Source: Alphaproteobacteria bacterium
GTDB lineage: Bacteria > Pseudomonadota > Alphaproteobacteria > Rhizobiales > NORP267
Length of the DNA: 64,000 bases
Reading direction: 5' to 3'
Assembly (NCBI GenBank): GCA_028599125.1
Contig: JAQRMX010000004.1
Span: 891 to 64,890, forward strand
The position numbers were made by a program, and so were the translations under genes. Shown piece after piece: positions 60,249-64,000 of this stretch. The notes beneath the pieces are model-generated. The model saw only the letters and a list, made by a program, of their open reading frames with translations. It had not been told where the DNA came from and did no database searches. The first letter of the stretch is position 1; each line of letters starts with the position of its first letter.

Positions 60249-61174
60249 ACACGCTCCTGAGGGCCGAGAACTGCACAAAGCCCATCTCCCAGAAGATTGA
60301 ACCCAAGACTGAGCGTAAAAAGTGCGAAACCGGGGATCGCCGTGACCCACCAGTACTCTGTCGGATAATTCCGCCCTTCCGCAATCATGGTCCCCCATTC
60401 GGGGGAAGGAGGCTGAACACCAATCCCCAGAAATCCAAGACCGCCTACCATGAGAATAATCAATGACATATCTGTTGTTGCCCGTACAATTACAGGCGAA
60501 AGGCAGAGAGGAATAAGATCAATCCGTATAATTTGCGCGCTACTCCCTCCCCGTAGGTGAGCTGCCGCGATATAGTCCATATGAAGAACAGACAAAGTCT
60601 CAGAACGCGCAATCCGCGCATAAACGGGCCAAAGGGTCAGCGCAAGCGCAATGAGAATACTCATCATACCGGGACCAAGACCCGCAAGCAGCGCAAGAGC
60701 CAGGATAAACCGCGGAAATGAAAGAAAAATATCTGTCAGGCGCATCAGGAATAGATCCGTCAGACCGCCGACATATCCAGCAAAAACGCCAACAAGAAGA
60801 CCCGTAGTAACAACGATAGAGATAACCATAAAAACAGCAAAAAGGCTTGGACGAGACCCATGTAAAACACGGGAATAAATATCACGCGCGTGCCCATCTG
60901 TGCCAAACCAATGCGTAAAAGACGGCGGCTGTAAGCGCGCACTTTGCAAAGATTCACCTTCCAAATAGGAATGAGGGGAAAGAAAATCAGCAAAAATAGC
61001 GATAAAAAGCCAAAACAGAACAAGAAAAAAACCTATCATCGCCATGCGATTTGCACATAAAACTCTCCAGAACCTATATAAACGACCCAGCTTTGCCTGA
61101 AAGCGAGAATGGGGGCTGTTACTCAAGAACCAGGCTCTCAGGCCGAAAAAAAAAGATGGTAGAAACATGAACAA
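60245..61174 (-). CDS. ABC transporter permease (DppC/OppC-like)
   Basis: Multi-TM protein. 'HWFGTDGHARDIYSRVLHGSR' N-terminal OppC motif, BPD_transp_1 core 'YIAAAHLRGGS'. Confidence 0.88.
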   Translation of the reverse strand: MFMFLPSFFFGLRAWFLSNSPHSRFQAKLGRLYRFWRVLCANRMAMIGFFLVLFWLFIAIFADFLSPHSYLEGESLQSARLQPPSFTHWFGTDGHARDIYSRVLHGSRPSLFAVFMVISIVVTTGLLVGVFAGYVGGLTDLFLMRLTDIFLSFPRFILALALLAGLGPGMMSILIALALTLWPVYARIARSETLSVLHMDYIAAAHLRGGSSAQIIRIDLIPLCLSPVIVRATTDMSLIILMVGGLGFLGIGVQPPSPEWGTMIAEGRNYPTEYWWVTAIPGFALFTLSLGFNLLGDGLCAVLGPQERV

Positions 61175-61182
61175 ATCTCCCT

Positions 61183-62247
61183 CTAGTGCAAGTGAGAGTT
61201 TAGAAGCTTCTTCAGAAAATCAGAAAAAAGATTAAGACAGATAAAAACAAGGCCTACAACAATAACCCCGCCAAGAACCGCATTCATATCCGCATTGCGG
61301 AGCGCATGAGACATATATTGACCCAGACCTGGCCAGGCAAAAACAGTCTCCGTGATAACAGCACCTTCTAGAAGATGGGCATAAGATAACGCAATCACGG
61401 GAACCAGAAAAGGCAACGCATTCCTGAAAACATGGTACCGTATAATACGAAAATCAGAAAAACCCCTGATTCGCGCCGTCAGGACATAACCACGTGACAA
61501 TTCACGTAAAATCAAAAAACGGGTCATACGGCTGATATAAGCAAAAGAAAAATAACCAAGAAAAAAACCGGGCAAAATCAGATGTCTTAACCCATCACGA
61601 AACACATCCCATCTGCTGGCAAGAGCACTATCAAACAGAATGAAGCCTGTGACAGACGGGACCGTACCATAATAGACAACATCAATACGACCCGGCCCCG
61701 AAACCCAGCCAAGATCCGCATAAAAAACGGAAAGAGCGATAGGACCAAGCCAGAAAATCGGCAACGAATAGCCAAAGAGACAAAAAAAACGAACCCCCTG
61801 ATCAAAAGGGCTATTTTCCCTGAGAGCCGCAAGCACACCTAGAGGAACACCCACGAGAACACCAATCAGGATCCCAAGGGTAGCAAGCTCAATCGTCGCA
61901 GGAAAAACCCGCCTGAGATCATCAATAACAGGATGGCCCGTCAAAATAGAAATTCCGAAATCTCCCCGTAAAATCTTGAGACAATAAAGGCTAAATTGTG
62001 TAAGAAGCGATTTATCAAGGCCAAGCTCATAATAGGCCCGGCGGTAAACCTCCCCTGTGACATTGTCTCCAACCAGCACCAGAACAGGATCAACCGGACT
62101 CATCCGGCTTACCAGAAATGTGATAGCAAGAAGGCCAAGACTGGTCACAAAAAGCATCAAGATAAAACCAGCTATCCGTAAAGAAAATCGATAAAGAGAA
62201 ATAAAAAAAATCCGTCCGGCCGGAGAGGAAAACAATAGTAATCTCAT
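61183..62247 (-). CDS. ABC transporter permease (DppB/OppB-like)
   Basis: Multi-TM protein. 'SPVDPVLVLVGD', 'YVLTARIRGFS', 'RNALPFLVPVIAL' are typical of DppB-type permeases. Confidence 0.88.
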   Translation of the reverse strand: MRLLLFSSPAGRIFFISLYRFSLRIAGFILMLFVTSLGLLAITFLVSRMSPVDPVLVLVGDNVTGEVYRRAYYELGLDKSLLTQFSLYCLKILRGDFGISILTGHPVIDDLRRVFPATIELATLGILIGVLVGVPLGVLAALRENSPFDQGVRFFCLFGYSLPIFWLGPIALSVFYADLGWVSGPGRIDVVYYGTVPSVTGFILFDSALASRWDVFRDGLRHLILPGFFLGYFSFAYISRMTRFLILRELSRGYVLTARIRGFSDFRIIRYHVFRNALPFLVPVIALSYAHLLEGAVITETVFAWPGLGQYMSHALRNADMNAVLGGVIVVGLVFICLNLFSDFLKKLLNSHLH

Positions 62248-62254
62248 CCGAAAC

Positions 62255-63886
62255 TCACTCCTTTACGATAGTCCTGAAGCTGTTTGAATCAAAAGAAGGA
62301 CCAAGACGAAGCCCTTTTATATTGAGCCGCATTGCAACCGTCTCATCTTCTTGGTAGAGAAAAATGTAAGGGCCGCGGCGCCTCACCTCCTCTTGCAGTT
62401 CCCGGTAAAGAAGTGACCGTTCCGCAATATCAGACTCCAAAGCCGCCTCTTTAACAAGAGCCGTAAGATCGGCGGCAACCCAGCTGTTGCGCCAGGCAAG
62501 AGTCTTAAAACGCGTATCCTTACTATTATCCGGATTGAAGGCAAAGGCGTGCGCGTTTGAATGGGGATCCTGGTAATGCAAACCCCAATAAGCAAGAACA
62601 ATTGCATGCTCCCGCCGACGATAGCGCGTCAGTAAATGGCGATGGTCAATCTGGTTCAGAGTGAGACGAATACCCCCCTTCGCAAAACTCTGCTGGAGCG
62701 CCTCTGCAATACCGGTGAAAGGCATAATGTTACGAACATCCATGCTGAGGGAAAAACCATCCGGATAGCCAGCCTTGGCCAGAAGAGACCTGGCCCTTTC
62801 AACATCAGAATGATAGGGTGTCTCATCACGAGATCCCAGAAGCCCACCCGGCAAAAAGAATTGGCGCACCTGGCCCCGCCCCCCAGAGAAAACATCCACC
62901 AGTGCCTGATAATCAACGAGATATTTCAATGCCTCCCGGACCGCAGAATGCGAAAGAGGCTTACTCTTCTGGTTAAATGCCAGGTAATAAAGCATCCCTT
63001 TGGGGACGCTCAAAAGAGAAATATCCTCCCGTTTTTCTAGAATCGAAAGCATATCAGCTCCCAGGAACCGTGCAAAATCAACATCACCTTTTTCAAGCAG
63101 AAGACGACGGATACCTTGCTCGGGAATATGGCGGTAAATCATCCGCGACAACCAAGGCTTCTGCCCCCCATAAAATTCATTACGCTCCAGAAAAATAGCC
63201 TCGTTAGGAGACCAGTCCCGGATCAAGAAGGGCCCGGAACCCGCATAATGCGTCCTGAGCCAGCCATTCCCGTAATCCCCGTCACTCTCATGGGAAAGCA
63301 CAAGCTTGCGGTCAACAACAGAAGAAACCGTGGCGGTCAGGCAGGACAGGACAAGGGACAGTGCATGAGGGCGGTCCATGGTAAACGCAAATTCATCATT
63401 GCCTGTTTGCCTGATGGCCTGCTTGACATTATCTTTATTGATCCCGAACTGGCTAATAATAAAGGATGGCGTCTTTTCTAGAAATATGACCCGATGCAGA
63501 GAAAAAACCACATCTGCAACCGTCAGAGGACGACCAGACGCAAAACGCTTCCCTTTACGGATCTTGAAGAAAATGGTCCGGCCATCACGGGATACACGCC
63601 AGGACTTAGCAACAACACCAAAGATCTTTGACACATCATCAAGATCATAACCCAGAAGACGTTCATAGCTGTTTCCTGCAATTTCTGATGCAGAAACCTC
63701 AAAAATATCTGCAGGATCAAGTGAAAGCACATCATCAAGGGCCCAGGCTTGAATGAGCGTATCCCGCGGTGTCCCGGACAAAGCTGGAATCACAGGGAAA
63801 AGAAAGGAAAAAGGAGGAAATAAAAAGACCAGAAAAGCAAAAAAGGCAACCAGATTCATCCGCGACATCCTTATGCCGAGAGGCAC
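62255..63886 (-). CDS. ABC transporter substrate-binding protein, family 5 (DppA/OppA-like)
   Basis: N-terminal signal/TM region, about 540 aa. 'LDPADIFEVSASEI..NSYERLLGYD', 'WRVSRDGRTIFFKIRKGKRFASGRPLTVADVVFSL'. First gene of the five-gene operon. Confidence 0.88.
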   Translation of the reverse strand: MPLGIRMSRMNLVAFFAFLVFLFPPFSFLFPVIPALSGTPRDTLIQAWALDDVLSLDPADIFEVSASEIAGNSYERLLGYDLDDVSKIFGVVAKSWRVSRDGRTIFFKIRKGKRFASGRPLTVADVVFSLHRVIFLEKTPSFIISQFGINKDNVKQAIRQTGNDEFAFTMDRPHALSLVLSCLTATVSSVVDRKLVLSHESDGDYGNGWLRTHYAGSGPFLIRDWSPNEAIFLERNEFYGGQKPWLSRMIYRHIPEQGIRRLLLEKGDVDFARFLGADMLSILEKREDISLLSVPKGMLYYLAFNQKSKPLSHSAVREALKYLVDYQALVDVFSGGRGQVRQFFLPGGLLGSRDETPYHSDVERARSLLAKAGYPDGFSLSMDVRNIMPFTGIAEALQQSFAKGGIRLTLNQIDHRHLLTRYRRREHAIVLAYWGLHYQDPHSNAHAFAFNPDNSKDTRFKTLAWRNSWVAADLTALVKEAALESDIAERSLLYRELQEEVRRRGPYIFLYQEDETVAMRLNIKGLRLGPSFDSNSFRTIVKE

Positions 63887-64000
63887 AATGCTCCCTCAAC
63901 GTATCCAGAAAAAACCATGGATTATATATTTTTATGATGATCCTCGGGTAATAACAACCTCCCCTCCGGATTCTCTTTCCTTTTATCTGAAAAATGAGGA

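Overview
This is a core-genome window from an alphaproteobacterial chromosome. Gene content and order follow the Rhizobiales/Rhodospirillales pattern, and G+C is roughly mid-40s % by eye. I can support 47 protein-coding genes (28 minus, 19 plus), 2 tRNAs (Ala-GGC, Leu-CAG), one probable eroded pseudogene (folC) and a set of short tandem duplications. Left to right: PduO-type adenosyltransferase (partial), hbd, atpHAGDC (minus), priA, rplS, lepA, [folC relic], accD, lapA-like, ihfB, sppA, rpsA, cmk, TIGR02300 zinc-ribbon protein, tRNA-Ala/tRNA-Leu, NDUFA9-like, GST, queG, SDR, infC-rpmI-rplT-pheS-pheT, trxA, addA-addB, murU-like, tsaE::phosphotransferase fusion, divL-like kinase, ahcY, chvG-chvI, methyltransferase, hisC, an uncharacterised membrane-anchored protein, IalB-like protein, rlmN, argG, typA and a five-gene Dpp/Opp-type ABC importer. 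I saw no mobile elements, CRISPR arrays, rRNA, prophage, or defence, secretion or biosynthetic islands. I do not find convincing evidence for a novel multi-gene system; the window is housekeeping. Worth a second look: (1) ORF-free spacers sit where conserved neighbours are expected (folC, trpFBA, aroA, hprK-EIIA-HPr, pckA), and a readable FolC-like relic lies downstream of accD. (2) Short tandem duplications recur at gene starts and stops (priA, rpsA, trxA, chvI, methyltransferase, NDUFA9-like, tRNA-Ala). (3) Strand-dependent base and amino-acid composition is strong. (4) The DivL-type kinase carries Tyr at the phospho-acceptor position, next to a TsaE-kinase fusion. (5) infC probably starts at ATA, and rpmI has a structured leader. 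(6) Two stop-poor, G+C-richer structured islands flank the IalB-like gene. Everything was read by eye without searches, so all homology calls need confirmation.
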